Positions 19,383 through 28,813 of a stretch of 64,000 nt of DNA are shown piece after piece (the first letter of the stretch is position 1; each line of letters opens with the position of its first letter). Position numbers and translations under genes: made by a program. Origin of the DNA: Daejeonella sp. GTDB lineage: Bacteria; Bacteroidota; Bacteroidia; Sphingobacteriales; Sphingobacteriaceae. The notes under the pieces are model-generated. The model ran no database searches. It was not told the DNA's origin and was given only the letters and a program-made list of their open reading frames with translations. The DNA lies in contig JBBJNR010000004.1 of NCBI GenBank assembly GCA_037719315.1, forward strand, positions 11,737 to 75,736, given 5' to 3'.

Positions 19383-20723
19383 ATGTTTAAGAAAATACTG
19401 ATTGCAAATCGTGGCGAGATCGCTTTAAGGATCATTCGAACCTGTAAAGAGATGGGAGTTAAAACCGTTGCGGTCTACTCGACAGCAGACCGTGACAGTT
19501 TGCATGTTCGATTTGCAGATGAAGCAGTTTGCATCGGGCCACCGGCTAGTAAAGACTCATACCTCAGCATCCCTAATATTATTTCAGCAGCCGAACTAAC
19601 GAATGCAGATGCGATACATCCTGGCTATGGATTCTTATCAGAAAACTCTAAATTCTCAGCTATTTGCCACGATTACGGGATCAAATTTATAGGTGCTACT
19701 GCAGATCAGATCAACGGGATGGGTGATAAGGCATCAGCAAAGGAGACGATGAAAAAAGCCGGCGTACCTACCATTCCCGGCTCAGAGGGCTTGGTAAATG
19801 ATGTTAAAGAAGGAATTAAACTTTCGAACGAAATAGGATACCCCGTTATACTCAAGGCTACAGCCGGCGGCGGCGGTCGCGGGATGAGGATTGTATGGAA
19901 GGATGAAGAATTTGAACCGGCATGGGACTCTGCAAGGCAGGAATCAGCTGCCGCCTTCGGGAATGACGGCCTTTACCTTGAAAAATATGTAGAAGATCCG
20001 CGTCACATTGAAATCCAGGTCGTGGGAGATCAATATGGCAAGGTATGCCACTTATCTGAGCGCGATTGTTCCATTCAGCGCAGGCATCAGAAGCTTGTCG
20101 AAGAATCGCCATCGCCCTTCATGACCCCAGAGCTAAGGGAAAGAATGGGCGACGCAGCTATTAAAGGAGCCCAGGCCGTTAACTATGAAGGCGCCGGAAC
20201 GGTGGAGTTCCTGGTTGACAAGCACCGGAACTTCTATTTTATGGAAATGAATACCCGGATCCAGGTAGAGCATCCGGTAACGGAAGAGGTTATTAATTTT
20301 GACCTGATCAAAGAACAGATTAAAGTGGCTTCGGGGATTCCGATCTCCGGTAAAAACTATATTCCTGAGATGCACGCCATCGAATGCCGGATCAATGCGG
20401 AAGACCCTTTCAACAATTTCAGGCCTTCTCCGGGATTGATCACACATTTTCATTCCCCGGGAGGACATGGAGTGCGGGTAGATACGCACGTATACGCCGG
20501 ATACCAGATCCCTCCGAATTACGACTCGATGATTGCAAAGCTGATCTGCGTGGCACAGACGCGTGAAGAAGCCATTTGCACGATGGAACGCTCGCTGAGC
20601 GAATTTGTCATTGAAGGGGTAAAAACTACCATTCCTTTCCACCTGCGATTGATGAAGGACCCAAACTTCCGCGCGGGTAATTTCACTACCAAGTTTATGG
20701 AAAGCTTCGATCTGAGCGAATGA
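19383..20723 (+). CDS. accC: Acetyl-CoA carboxylase biotin carboxylase
   Basis: [49 protein letters not shown] motifs. Confidence 0.98.
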   Translation: MFKKILIANRGEIALRIIRTCKEMGVKTVAVYSTADRDSLHVRFADEAVCIGPPASKDSYLSIPNIISAAELTNADAIHPGYGFLSENSKFSAICHDYGIKFIGATADQINGMGDKASAKETMKKAGVPTIPGSEGLVNDVKEGIKLSNEIGYPVILKATAGGGGRGMRIVWKDEEFEPAWDSARQESAAAFGNDGLYLEKYVEDPRHIEIQVVGDQYGKVCHLSERDCSIQRRHQKLVEESPSPFMTPELRERMGDAAIKGAQAVNYEGAGTVEFLVDKHRNFYFMEMNTRIQVEHPVTEEVINFDLIKEQIKVASGIPISGKNYIPEMHAIECRINAEDPFNNFRPSPGLITHFHSPGGHGVRVDTHVYAGYQIPPNYDSMIAKLICVAQTREEAICTMERSLSEFVIEGVKTTIPFHLRLMKDPNFRAGNFTTKFMESFDLSE

Positions 20724-20830
20724 TGTGTTTGGATAGCTACGAAAACTAATTGAGCAGGGAAATCGTTTATTGGAAACAGATAGGTATCAGGAATTGTCAC
20801 AAATGATTGATGCATTAAAAATACTGTATC

Positions 20831-20869
20831 ATACCATTCTTAAATCAAGAAGAATGGTATTTTTGTTTT
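20831..20869 (+). terminator. Intrinsic-terminator-like hairpin between accC and tatC
   Basis: ataccattctt-aaatcaag-aagaatggtat (11-bp perfect stem) followed by ttttgtttt. Confidence 0.7.
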
Positions 20870-20875
20870 AAAATT

Positions 20876-21751
20876 ATGAGCGAAGAAAAAACTGACCTTA
20901 TTAAGGCCATCAAAGAAAAGGGTAAGACCATTGAAGCCGAAATGTCTTTTTTTGATCATCTGGATGTTCTTCGCGGGCACCTCATCCGGGCTTCTATAGC
21001 CATTGTTCTGTTCACTATTCTCGCTTTCAGCTTTTATGATTTTATCTTTAATAAGGTGATCATGGCTCCCGGGCAGACTGACTTCTGGACCTACCGAATG
21101 ATGTGCGCGGCAACGGAAAAATTTAATCTTGGAGCTGAATTTTGTGTTACAAAATTGAATTTCATCATAATCAACACCCAATTGGGAGGTCAGTTCACCC
21201 TGCAGCTAAATTCCTCTCTGATGATCGGTATTGTTCTGGGATTTCCATACTTATTATTTGAAATATGGCGCTTTATAAAGCCTGCACTTCATGAAAATGA
21301 GCGCAATTCAGCAAGCGGATTTGTTCTCTGGGCATCCTTACTATTTATTGTGGGCGTACTCTTTGGTTATTATATTATATCGCCATTATCGATAAACTTT
21401 TTATCTAACTATGAGGTAAGTTCAATCATTAATAACAATATTGAAATTGACTCCTATTTCTCAATTCTTGCAACCCTTACAATAGGAGCAGGAATAATTT
21501 TCGAGCTGCCTATCATTATTTTCATTCTTTCTAAACTGGGAATAATGACCCCCGCTTTTATGCGATCATCCCGCAGATATGCCACTGTTATCATTCTGAT
21601 TATAGCAGCGGTAGTTACGCCGACTCCCGATCTGATTACCATGTTTACAGTTAGCTTACCTTTATTCCTGCTTTACGAAGCCAGTATTTATGTTTCTGCA
21701 CACGTAGAAAGCCGGAAGAAAAAAGCTGAAATCGCTTTTTATAAAGATTGA
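20876..21751 (+). CDS. tatC: Twin-arginine translocase subunit TatC
   Basis: EMSFFDHLDVLR, FEIWRFIKPAL, FELP, AAVVTPTPD motifs. Confidence 0.96.
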   Translation: MSEEKTDLIKAIKEKGKTIEAEMSFFDHLDVLRGHLIRASIAIVLFTILAFSFYDFIFNKVIMAPGQTDFWTYRMMCAATEKFNLGAEFCVTKLNFIIINTQLGGQFTLQLNSSLMIGIVLGFPYLLFEIWRFIKPALHENERNSASGFVLWASLLFIVGVLFGYYIISPLSINFLSNYEVSSIINNNIEIDSYFSILATLTIGAGIIFELPIIIFILSKLGIMTPAFMRSSRRYATVIILIIAAVVTPTPDLITMFTVSLPLFLLYEASIYVSAHVESRKKKAEIAFYKD

Positions 21752-21801
21752 CAGAAGCATAAATGCTCAATGATTTATTGAATAAATCTTAAATTTATAC
21801 C

Positions 21802-22233
21802 ATGAATACGATAAGCATCGCTATTGGCGGGGACCATGCCGGTTTTAAACATAAAAAATTACTGATTGATTTTTTGAAAGAGCATTCAATTAAGGATTTT
21901 GGAACTTATAGTACTGATTCTGTTGACTATCCGGATTTTGCTCATCCTGTGGCCAGCGCTGTCGAAAACTCTGAATACAGCATCGGAATTCTAATCTGCG
22001 GAAGCGCGAACGGCGTTGCGATTACCGCTAACAAGCACCAGGGGATCAGGGCGGCAATTTGCTGGAATGAGGAACTTGCTGAATTGGCAAGGTCCCATAA
22101 TGATGCGAATGTACTTTGCATACCGGCGCGCTTCGTTTCGGAAGATCTTGCGAAAAAGATCGCTCATAAGTTCATTAGCTCAGCGTTCGAGGGCGGACGC
22201 CATGCTAACAGGGTTGACAAGATCTCCTGCTAA
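21802..22233 (+). CDS. rpiB: Ribose-5-phosphate isomerase B
   Basis: GGDHAG, VDYPDFA, ICGSANG, ARSHNDANVL, FEGGRH motifs. Confidence 0.96.
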   Translation: MNTISIAIGGDHAGFKHKKLLIDFLKEHSIKDFGTYSTDSVDYPDFAHPVASAVENSEYSIGILICGSANGVAITANKHQGIRAAICWNEELAELARSHNDANVLCIPARFVSEDLAKKIAHKFISSAFEGGRHANRVDKISC

Positions 22234-22256
22234 TTTTTAAACTAACCTTTTATTAA

Positions 22257-23861
22257 ATGATAAGAAAGTCACTTTTTGCATTACTGATTTCAGGTATTTG
22301 CCTTGGGGTATTTGCCCAGGATCCAATCGCACAGAAATATGCGGGCCAAATCACTTCCAAACTAGGGAAAAAACACCTGAAAATACTTGCATCAGATAAA
22401 TTTGAAGGCAGGGAGACCGGGAAACCCGGAGCGGAAAAAGCTGCGGCATACATCGCCAAAGAATTTAAAAAACTGGGCCTTACAGCTCCGGTAAATGGCA
22501 GCTATTTTCAGGAAGTTCCCCTCGTGCAGACCGCATTTGAAGTCAGCTCATTCTCCGCAAACGGTAATACTCTGACCCAGGGGAAAGATTTTCTCTTTAC
22601 TGGCGGCGGTGCAAATAAAACTATCACCGGCACTGAGGTGGTTTTTATCGGGTACGGGATCAGCGCTGAAAATTATGATGACCTAAAGAATATCGATCTT
22701 GCGGGCAAAATTGTTCTTCTCATCAATAAAGGAGAGCCTACAGCAAATGGAGTATCTTCTATTAGTAAAACAAGCACTCCTTCCGACTGGACAAGCAGCC
22801 GCTCTAAGCGCCTGCAGAATGTCTTGAGCAAAGGCCCGGCCTTGGTTTTGGCAGTAAATCCTGATGTCAGTGCATCACTTAAACAATATCGTCCTGCATC
22901 CGGAAGGTTAAGCCTTAAAAAAGAAGCGGCTCCAGTTCCCTCCACCCGTCCCGCATCTGCAGCGATGGTTAATATCACACCTGAAGTAGCAGACCTGATC
23001 CTGAAGAATTCCGGGAAAACCTATGATGGCTTGAAGTCTGCCATTGATAATAGCGGCGCTCCGCAGACTCAGATACTAAAATCTGCGATCTCCATAAATT
23101 ACGGTCCGGTATTAAAAGATGTCAAATCTTCCAATGTACTGGGTTATATAGAAGGTTCTGATCTGAAGGAGGAAGTGCTGGTATTTTCAGCGCATTACGA
23201 TCACATCGGGCTTACTACGGATGGCGGAGCAGACAAGGTAAATAACGGAGCTGACGATGATGGGTCAGGAACAACTGGTGTCCTGGAGATTGCCAGGGCG
23301 TATGCCAAAGCAAAAAAAGCAGGTCATGGTCCGCGCAGAAGTATTCTGTTCTTACTGGTAACGGGCGAGGAAAAAGGCCTTTTAGGTTCTGAATGGTACG
23401 CGGAACACCCGATTTACCCAATGGCCAATACCGTTACCGACCTAAACATTGACATGATCGGGAGAATTGGAGAAGAATACAAAGGTGCAGCAGATTCAGC
23501 AAATTACTGCTATTTAATTGGTTCTGATAAGCTTAGCACCGACTTGCATAAGATCAGTGAGAACGCCAATTCCGTTTATACCAAATTAAAGATCGATTAT
23601 AAATATAACGACCCTAAAGATCCGGAGCGCATTTACTACCGCTCAGATCACTATAATTTCGCGAAAAACGGGGTTCCTATCGTATTTTATTTTAATGGGG
23701 TACATGAGGATTACCATAAGGCTGGTGATGAAGTTCAAAAGATAAACTTCGATCTGTTAACCAAGCGTGCCCAGCTTGTATTCTATACGGGATGGGACCT
23801 TGCTAATCGGGATAAAAGGCCTGTGGTTGATGTTACTAATAATATGCCTAGTACGAGGTAG
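22257..23861 (+). CDS. Secreted M28 family metallopeptidase with PA insert
   Basis: Signal peptide; EGRETG, SAHYDH, GADDDGSG, GEEKGLLGS, NIDMIGR, RSDHYNF, YHKAGD motifs. Confidence 0.93.
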   Translation: MIRKSLFALLISGICLGVFAQDPIAQKYAGQITSKLGKKHLKILASDKFEGRETGKPGAEKAAAYIAKEFKKLGLTAPVNGSYFQEVPLVQTAFEVSSFSANGNTLTQGKDFLFTGGGANKTITGTEVVFIGYGISAENYDDLKNIDLAGKIVLLINKGEPTANGVSSISKTSTPSDWTSSRSKRLQNVLSKGPALVLAVNPDVSASLKQYRPASGRLSLKKEAAPVPSTRPASAAMVNITPEVADLILKNSGKTYDGLKSAIDNSGAPQTQILKSAISINYGPVLKDVKSSNVLGYIEGSDLKEEVLVFSAHYDHIGLTTDGGADKVNNGADDDGSGTTGVLEIARAYAKAKKAGHGPRRSILFLLVTGEEKGLLGSEWYAEHPIYPMANTVTDLNIDMIGRIGEEYKGAADSANYCYLIGSDKLSTDLHKISENANSVYTKLKIDYKYNDPKDPERIYYRSDHYNFAKNGVPIVFYFNGVHEDYHKAGDEVQKINFDLLTKRAQLVFYTGWDLANRDKRPVVDVTNNMPSTR

Positions 23862-23887
23862 AAGTTGATTGGTACGGCGTTTAGTTT

Positions 23888-23910
23888 CCCCTCCTTTTTT
23901 CAAGGAGGGG
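23888..23910. repeat. GC-rich hairpin (REP-like or terminator) between convergent genes
   Basis: cccctcctt-ttttc-aaggagggg, 9-bp perfect stem with no clear U-tract on either side. Confidence 0.5.
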
Positions 23911-23952
23911 GGAGCAAAACCGGGTTGTAAACCAGAAAATCTTCCAGTTATG

Positions 23953-24606
23953 TCAATTCCTAACGTAAACAGGTAATTTTTTTACCCTCAATTTCCGTTC
24001 CGCTTCAAAACGTGCAATAGCATTCGGCTGCGACGAATGATACAGGGATAGATCCATATCGCTGTCGCCTGCTACAGCCCTGGGAACATAAACCGACGAG
24101 CTGCCGCCCCTGCTTAATATGCCCTCCAAGACCGATACACCAACATTAATACCCGTAGCAGCTGCCTGCGACATGTAACGCATGTTCTGTACCTTTGCCC
24201 TGATGATCATATCAGTGCCTAAGATTTTCGCCAGCTCATCAGAAGGCAGCCTCCAGGAATCGTGAATGGAAATCCCGCTTTTCTCTAACCTGTCATTGAT
24301 CAATTTAACATCGAGAAGCCTTACATCCCATTTATTCCGGATGGGCTTGCTTGATGCATGATAAAGAAAATCATCATGTATTAACTGCTGCAGCTTCAAG
24401 CTCTCCTCATTCTCCATTTTCTGAACCCTGTCAGCATCCCAATTTTTGGGCAAATTACCGCTATACGACACTTCTGCAGGAAGGACCGCCAGCGTTTGCC
24501 CGCTTAGCGTGGCTTTCGAAAAGAATGCCTTGTCTTTATAGACGTTGGAATTACAGGCGGTAACAAATAAAATAGCCGGTAAAATAAGAATGATAGAAAG
24601 TTTCAT
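23953..24606 (-). CDS. Hypothetical lipoprotein
   Basis: Signal peptide with lipobox VTAC at residue 18; 217-aa ORF with its own promoter-like motif. Confidence 0.75.
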   Translation of the reverse strand: MKLSIILILPAILFVTACNSNVYKDKAFFSKATLSGQTLAVLPAEVSYSGNLPKNWDADRVQKMENEESLKLQQLIHDDFLYHASSKPIRNKWDVRLLDVKLINDRLEKSGISIHDSWRLPSDELAKILGTDMIIRAKVQNMRYMSQAAATGINVGVSVLEGILSRGGSSSVYVPRAVAGDSDMDLSLYHSSQPNAIARFEAERKLRVKKLPVYVRN

Positions 24607-24632
24607 AAGATTGTCTTAAAACGGTATACTTA

Positions 24633-24661
24633 TAGACGACAGATGCGTGGAAAGAGTTACA
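24633..24661 (-). promoter_or_regulatory. ECF-sigma-type promoter (TGTAAC-N17-CGTCTA) for the lipoprotein gene
   Basis: Minus strand tgtaac-tctttccacgcatctgt-cgtcta, 27 nt upstream of the ATG. Confidence 0.55.
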
Positions 24662-24764
24662 AACAAAAATAAAAAAAAAACTATGCATGCATAGCAATAT
24701 TAAAAATTGCAAAGGAAACCTAAACAATAAGGGGCGTTAAGATCAAAATACTTAAATTCGCACG

Positions 24765-26162
24765 ATGAGCACACTGGCATCCGATTTCATTTCTACTTCA
24801 GGTACTAAAGCGTTTGACCTCGATCACCGGCGGATCATTAACAATAATATTGGTAAGTATGACACCGCTGTTCTAAGAGGCTTATCCAGATTGTCTAATC
24901 TCGAAAATTCGAAACGCAAGGCACATACGGTCAAATGGAAGGTGATGGAAAACCTGGACAAGCATTTGCCTGAATTTGAGGCCAATTTTCAGCGAAAAGG
25001 AGGTAAAGTGATCTGGGCAAATGATGCTGATGAAGCCCAAAAAGAAATCCTCAATATCATTAAAAGAGCCAATGCCAAAACCGTCATTAAATCAAAATCA
25101 ATGGTTACGGAAGAAATTCATTTAAATGAATTTCTTGAACAAAACCATATAAGCGCTGTTGAGAGCGATCTTGGCGAATACATTGTCCAGCTTCTCGGTC
25201 AGAAACCTTATCATATTGTAACCCCGGCAATGCATCTTAGCAAAGAGGATATTGCTAAACTTTTTAATGAAAAATTCGGCACTCCGACAGACGCCACACC
25301 GGAACAACTGACATTAAAAGCCAGGGAGCTCCTTAGGGATAAATATACCTCAGCTGACATCGGAATAACCGGCGGCAATTTCCTGATCGCCGATACGGGA
25401 AGTATCGCCCTGACTGAAAATGAAGGAAATGCCAGGCTCACTACCACTTTTCCCAGGATCCATATTGCAATAGTGGGTATCGAAAAAATAATTCCGTCCA
25501 TGCAGGATCTTGACCTATTCTGGCCCTTGCTGTCGACGCATGGGACCGGTCAGAACCTGACCGTATACAATACTATTCTTGGCGGTCCGAAACAAGCACA
25601 TGAAAGTGATGGTCCGGAAGAAATGTATGTCATATTATTAGATAACGGCCGCACTAACCTTCTTGCTCAAAAAGATCAGCGTCAGGGGCTTTACTGCATT
25701 CGCTGCGGCGCATGCCTGAATGCGTGTCCGGTGTACAAAAACATTGGAGGGCATACCTACGAAACTACCTATAGCGGGCCAATCGGATCGATCATCACCC
25801 CTCACATGGCTGGAATGAAAGAGTTCAAGCACTTAAGCTATGCCTCAAGCCTTTGCGGAAAATGCTCGGAAGTATGCCCGGTAAAGATCGACATCCACAA
25901 AATGCTTTTGCTAAACCGCAGAGATTCCGTTGACCAGGGGCTAAGCCCGGCCACTGAGAGCATCAGCTGGAAAGGATGGAAAATGGGTATGATGAAACGG
26001 AAAATGATGGATATGATCGGCGGAAGCTGGAAAAACAGAATTCTGAAGACCTTTTTCAAAAAAAGCTGGGGGGCGAACCGTGAACTGCCGGAAGTCGCTA
26101 AAAAATCATTCAGCGAACAATGGAGGGACGGTGAAAGCGGAAAGCTCAAGGCTGAACGCTGA
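24765..26162 (+). CDS. lutB: Lactate utilization protein B (LutB/LldF), 4Fe-4S protein
   Basis: KSKSMVTEEI, ESDLGEYI, HIVTPAMH, CIRCGACLNACP and CGKCSEVCP ferredoxin motifs. Confidence 0.92.
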   Translation: MSTLASDFISTSGTKAFDLDHRRIINNNIGKYDTAVLRGLSRLSNLENSKRKAHTVKWKVMENLDKHLPEFEANFQRKGGKVIWANDADEAQKEILNIIKRANAKTVIKSKSMVTEEIHLNEFLEQNHISAVESDLGEYIVQLLGQKPYHIVTPAMHLSKEDIAKLFNEKFGTPTDATPEQLTLKARELLRDKYTSADIGITGGNFLIADTGSIALTENEGNARLTTTFPRIHIAIVGIEKIIPSMQDLDLFWPLLSTHGTGQNLTVYNTILGGPKQAHESDGPEEMYVILLDNGRTNLLAQKDQRQGLYCIRCGACLNACPVYKNIGGHTYETTYSGPIGSIITPHMAGMKEFKHLSYASSLCGKCSEVCPVKIDIHKMLLLNRRDSVDQGLSPATESISWKGWKMGMMKRKMMDMIGGSWKNRILKTFFKKSWGANRELPEVAKKSFSEQWRDGESGKLKAER

Positions 26163-26174
26163 ATGCTGAAAGCT
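26133..26174. repeat. Heptanucleotide (GAAAGCT) array x6 overlapping the lutB stop codon
   Basis: gaaagcg gaaagct caaggct gaacgct gaatgct gaaagct. Confidence 0.75.
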
Positions 26175-26203
26175 TATAGAAAACTCATCACATAATTGCT
26201 GAA

Positions 26204-28186
26204 ATGAATTTCGACCGTAAAGATATTTCTGATACCCGCCTCCTAAATTTCTACAGACTGCTGCTGAAGCCGCGTTTGATCGAGGAAAAAATGCTAATCC
26301 TGTTAAGACAAGGACGCATCGGCAAGTGGTTTTCCGGGATTGGCCAGGAAGCAATCGCCGTAGGAACCACACTCGCGATGAAGGATGAGGAGTATATCCT
26401 TCCGATGCATCGAAACCTTGGCGTTTTTACAAGCAGAGGGATTCCTTTATCCCGCCTAATGGCTCAATGGCAAGGCAAAAGCTCAGGATTTACAAAAGGC
26501 CGAGACAGATCCTTTCACTTCGGCACCAAAGAATATAATATTGTTGGAATGATATCGCATCTGGGGCCTCAGCTTGCTATTGCAGACGGAATTGCCCTGG
26601 CAGACGTATTAAGGAATGATCAAAAGGCGACTTTAGTTTTTACGGGCGAGGGGGCTACCAGCGAAGGCGACTTCCATGAAGCGCTTAATGTGGCTGCTGT
26701 ATGGGATCTGCCCGTGATATTTATTATTGAGAACAATGCATATGGCCTGTCGACCCCCACAAATGAACAGTATCGATGTAAAAGCCTGGTTGATAAAGCT
26801 GTTGGATATGGTATCGAAGGAATTCGCATCGATGGCAATAATATTCTGGAAGTTTATCATACAATAAACCAAATTGCTGTAGATATTCGTCAGAAACCTC
26901 GTCCTGTGCTGATCGAATGCATGACGTTTCGAATGAGAGGGCATGAGGAAGCTTCAGGCACTAAATATATTCCTAAGGAATTGTTTACAGAGTGGGAAAA
27001 GAAGGACCCTCTGAAAAACTTCGAAGAATACCTGCTACAGGAGAAAATATTAAGCGAAAATACAATTTTGGAAATACGGTCGGAATTTAAGCTTGAGATC
27101 GATTCGGAAATTGAAAAGGCATTTGCAGAAGATGATATTATTGCAGAAACGGATATCGAAGTTGATGACATGTATGCGGTTCATAAATCTGAACCAATCG
27201 ACGCCTCTGATCCCTCCGCTAAAACAGATAAACGGTATATAGATGCTATCAGTGATGGACTGCGGCAATCTATGCAGAAATTTCCTGAGTTAGTGATTAT
27301 GGGTCAGGACATTGCCGAATATGGCGGGGCTTTTAAAATAACGCTGGGCTTTGTGGAAGAATTTGGAAAAGCCAGGGTACGGAACACCCCTATCTGCGAG
27401 TCGGCGATAGTTGGAGCAGCACTTGGTTTATCTATAAATGGCCATAAAGCCGTAATGGAAATGCAATTCGCGGATTTTGCTACCTGCGGATTTAACCAGA
27501 TAATTAACAATCTGGCGAAGACCCATTATCGCTGGGCTGAAAAAGCTGATGTGGTGGTGCGTATGCCTACTGGCGCCGGAACCGGAGCCGGACCATTTCA
27601 TTCTCAAAGTAACGAGGCATGGTTTACCAAGACCCCTGGTCTCAAAGTTGTCTACCCCGCTTTTCCCTCGGACGCCAAAGGTCTCTTAAATGCTGCAATT
27701 GAGGATCCCAATCCGGTAATTTACTTTGAGCATAAATATCTTTACCGCGCCATATCCGAACTTGTTTTTGATGATTACTATACCCTGGAAATCGGCAAAG
27801 CAAGGCTGGTTCAGGAGGGCGATCAGATAAGCATAGTTACCTACGGGCTCGGTGTGCACTGGGCTATGGAATATCTGGGGGATCATCCGGAGATATCTGC
27901 AGACCTCGTTGACCTTCGCAGCCTGCAACCATGGGATAAAAATGCAGTAGAGCAATCCGTAAAAAAGACGGGCCGTGTGATCATCCTTCATGAAGATACA
28001 CTTACCGGTGGTTTCGGAGGTGAGATCAGCGCGCACATTGCAGAACATTGCTTTGAATTTCTGGATGCCCCGGTCATGCGATGTGCGAGCTTAGATACAG
28101 CAATACCGATGAATAAGTCGTTGGAAGATAATTTTCTAGCGAAATCGCGCCTCCATGATCAAATAAAGAGCTTGCTGAAGTATTAG
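26204..28186 (+). CDS. Fused 2-oxoacid dehydrogenase E1 alpha/beta subunit
   Basis: GIGQEA, GEGATSEGDFHEALN TPP-binding motif, NTPICESAIVG, PFHSQS, HEDTLTGGFGGE; 660 aa. Confidence 0.93.
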   Translation: MNFDRKDISDTRLLNFYRLLLKPRLIEEKMLILLRQGRIGKWFSGIGQEAIAVGTTLAMKDEEYILPMHRNLGVFTSRGIPLSRLMAQWQGKSSGFTKGRDRSFHFGTKEYNIVGMISHLGPQLAIADGIALADVLRNDQKATLVFTGEGATSEGDFHEALNVAAVWDLPVIFIIENNAYGLSTPTNEQYRCKSLVDKAVGYGIEGIRIDGNNILEVYHTINQIAVDIRQKPRPVLIECMTFRMRGHEEASGTKYIPKELFTEWEKKDPLKNFEEYLLQEKILSENTILEIRSEFKLEIDSEIEKAFAEDDIIAETDIEVDDMYAVHKSEPIDASDPSAKTDKRYIDAISDGLRQSMQKFPELVIMGQDIAEYGGAFKITLGFVEEFGKARVRNTPICESAIVGAALGLSINGHKAVMEMQFADFATCGFNQIINNLAKTHYRWAEKADVVVRMPTGAGTGAGPFHSQSNEAWFTKTPGLKVVYPAFPSDAKGLLNAAIEDPNPVIYFEHKYLYRAISELVFDDYYTLEIGKARLVQEGDQISIVTYGLGVHWAMEYLGDHPEISADLVDLRSLQPWDKNAVEQSVKKTGRVIILHEDTLTGGFGGEISAHIAEHCFEFLDAPVMRCASLDTAIPMNKSLEDNFLAKSRLHDQIKSLLKY

Positions 28187-28203
28187 GGCCGTGGGATATC
28201 GCA

Positions 28204-28812
28204 TCAGGTAACCAAAGTAACTTCCGAAAGCGGATTAAACAGGTACATAGCCCCCGTCTTTACTTCCACGCACTTATACCGCTTTCTCACCAATTCCCCT
28301 TTTTTAAATACCCTTCCATTTTTTATAGAAAACAGACTGTTAACTGGAAGCTTTTCTATATGAACTATACCTTCAGGCTTTTTATCGTATTGATTTAATA
28401 CCCTGAAAAGGTTCAGGTCAGTACAGCTTGATGCAGAAGGATTCTCGAGGTACCTTACAATAGCCTGCTTCACATCGGGTGGAAATATAGTTTGTTCAAA
28501 GAATGGCTTCATCATCCTTTTAAAGTTGCTTTTCCACTCCGGACCGTGGGGCTTTGCCTTTCGCTTATGTTCATTCCACGTAAGCAGGTGAGCGAATTCA
28601 TGCACGGTGGTGATCAGGAAAGCATAGGGATTAAGATTATAGTTAACAGATATCCTATGGCCTTCATCCTTAAAAGGATGCCTGTAATCCCCGTATTTGG
28701 TAGTCCGCCCCTTTGATATCTTAAATTCGCACTTGAAATAATCAATCCAGCGTGCAATTACCGGCGCGGCCCCCTCGGGCATATAGTTATTGAGTACATT
28801 AACTTTATCCAA
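28204..28812 (-). CDS. SprT-like zinc metalloprotease domain protein
   Basis: TTVHEFAH HExxH motif and HGPEWK. Confidence 0.88.
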   Translation of the reverse strand: MDKVNVLNNYMPEGAAPVIARWIDYFKCEFKISKGRTTKYGDYRHPFKDEGHRISVNYNLNPYAFLITTVHEFAHLLTWNEHKRKAKPHGPEWKSNFKRMMKPFFEQTIFPPDVKQAIVRYLENPSASSCTDLNLFRVLNQYDKKPEGIVHIEKLPVNSLFSIKNGRVFKKGELVRKRYKCVEVKTGAMYLFNPLSEVTLVT

Positions 28813-28813
28813 T

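Noticed and set aside
21772-21788. Palindrome GATTTATT-G-AATAAATC upstream of rpiB
   Set aside because: Very AT-rich and without independent support
26204-28186. E1 alpha-beta fusion as a novelty
   Set aside because: Fused E1 subunits are a known, common Bacteroidota architecture
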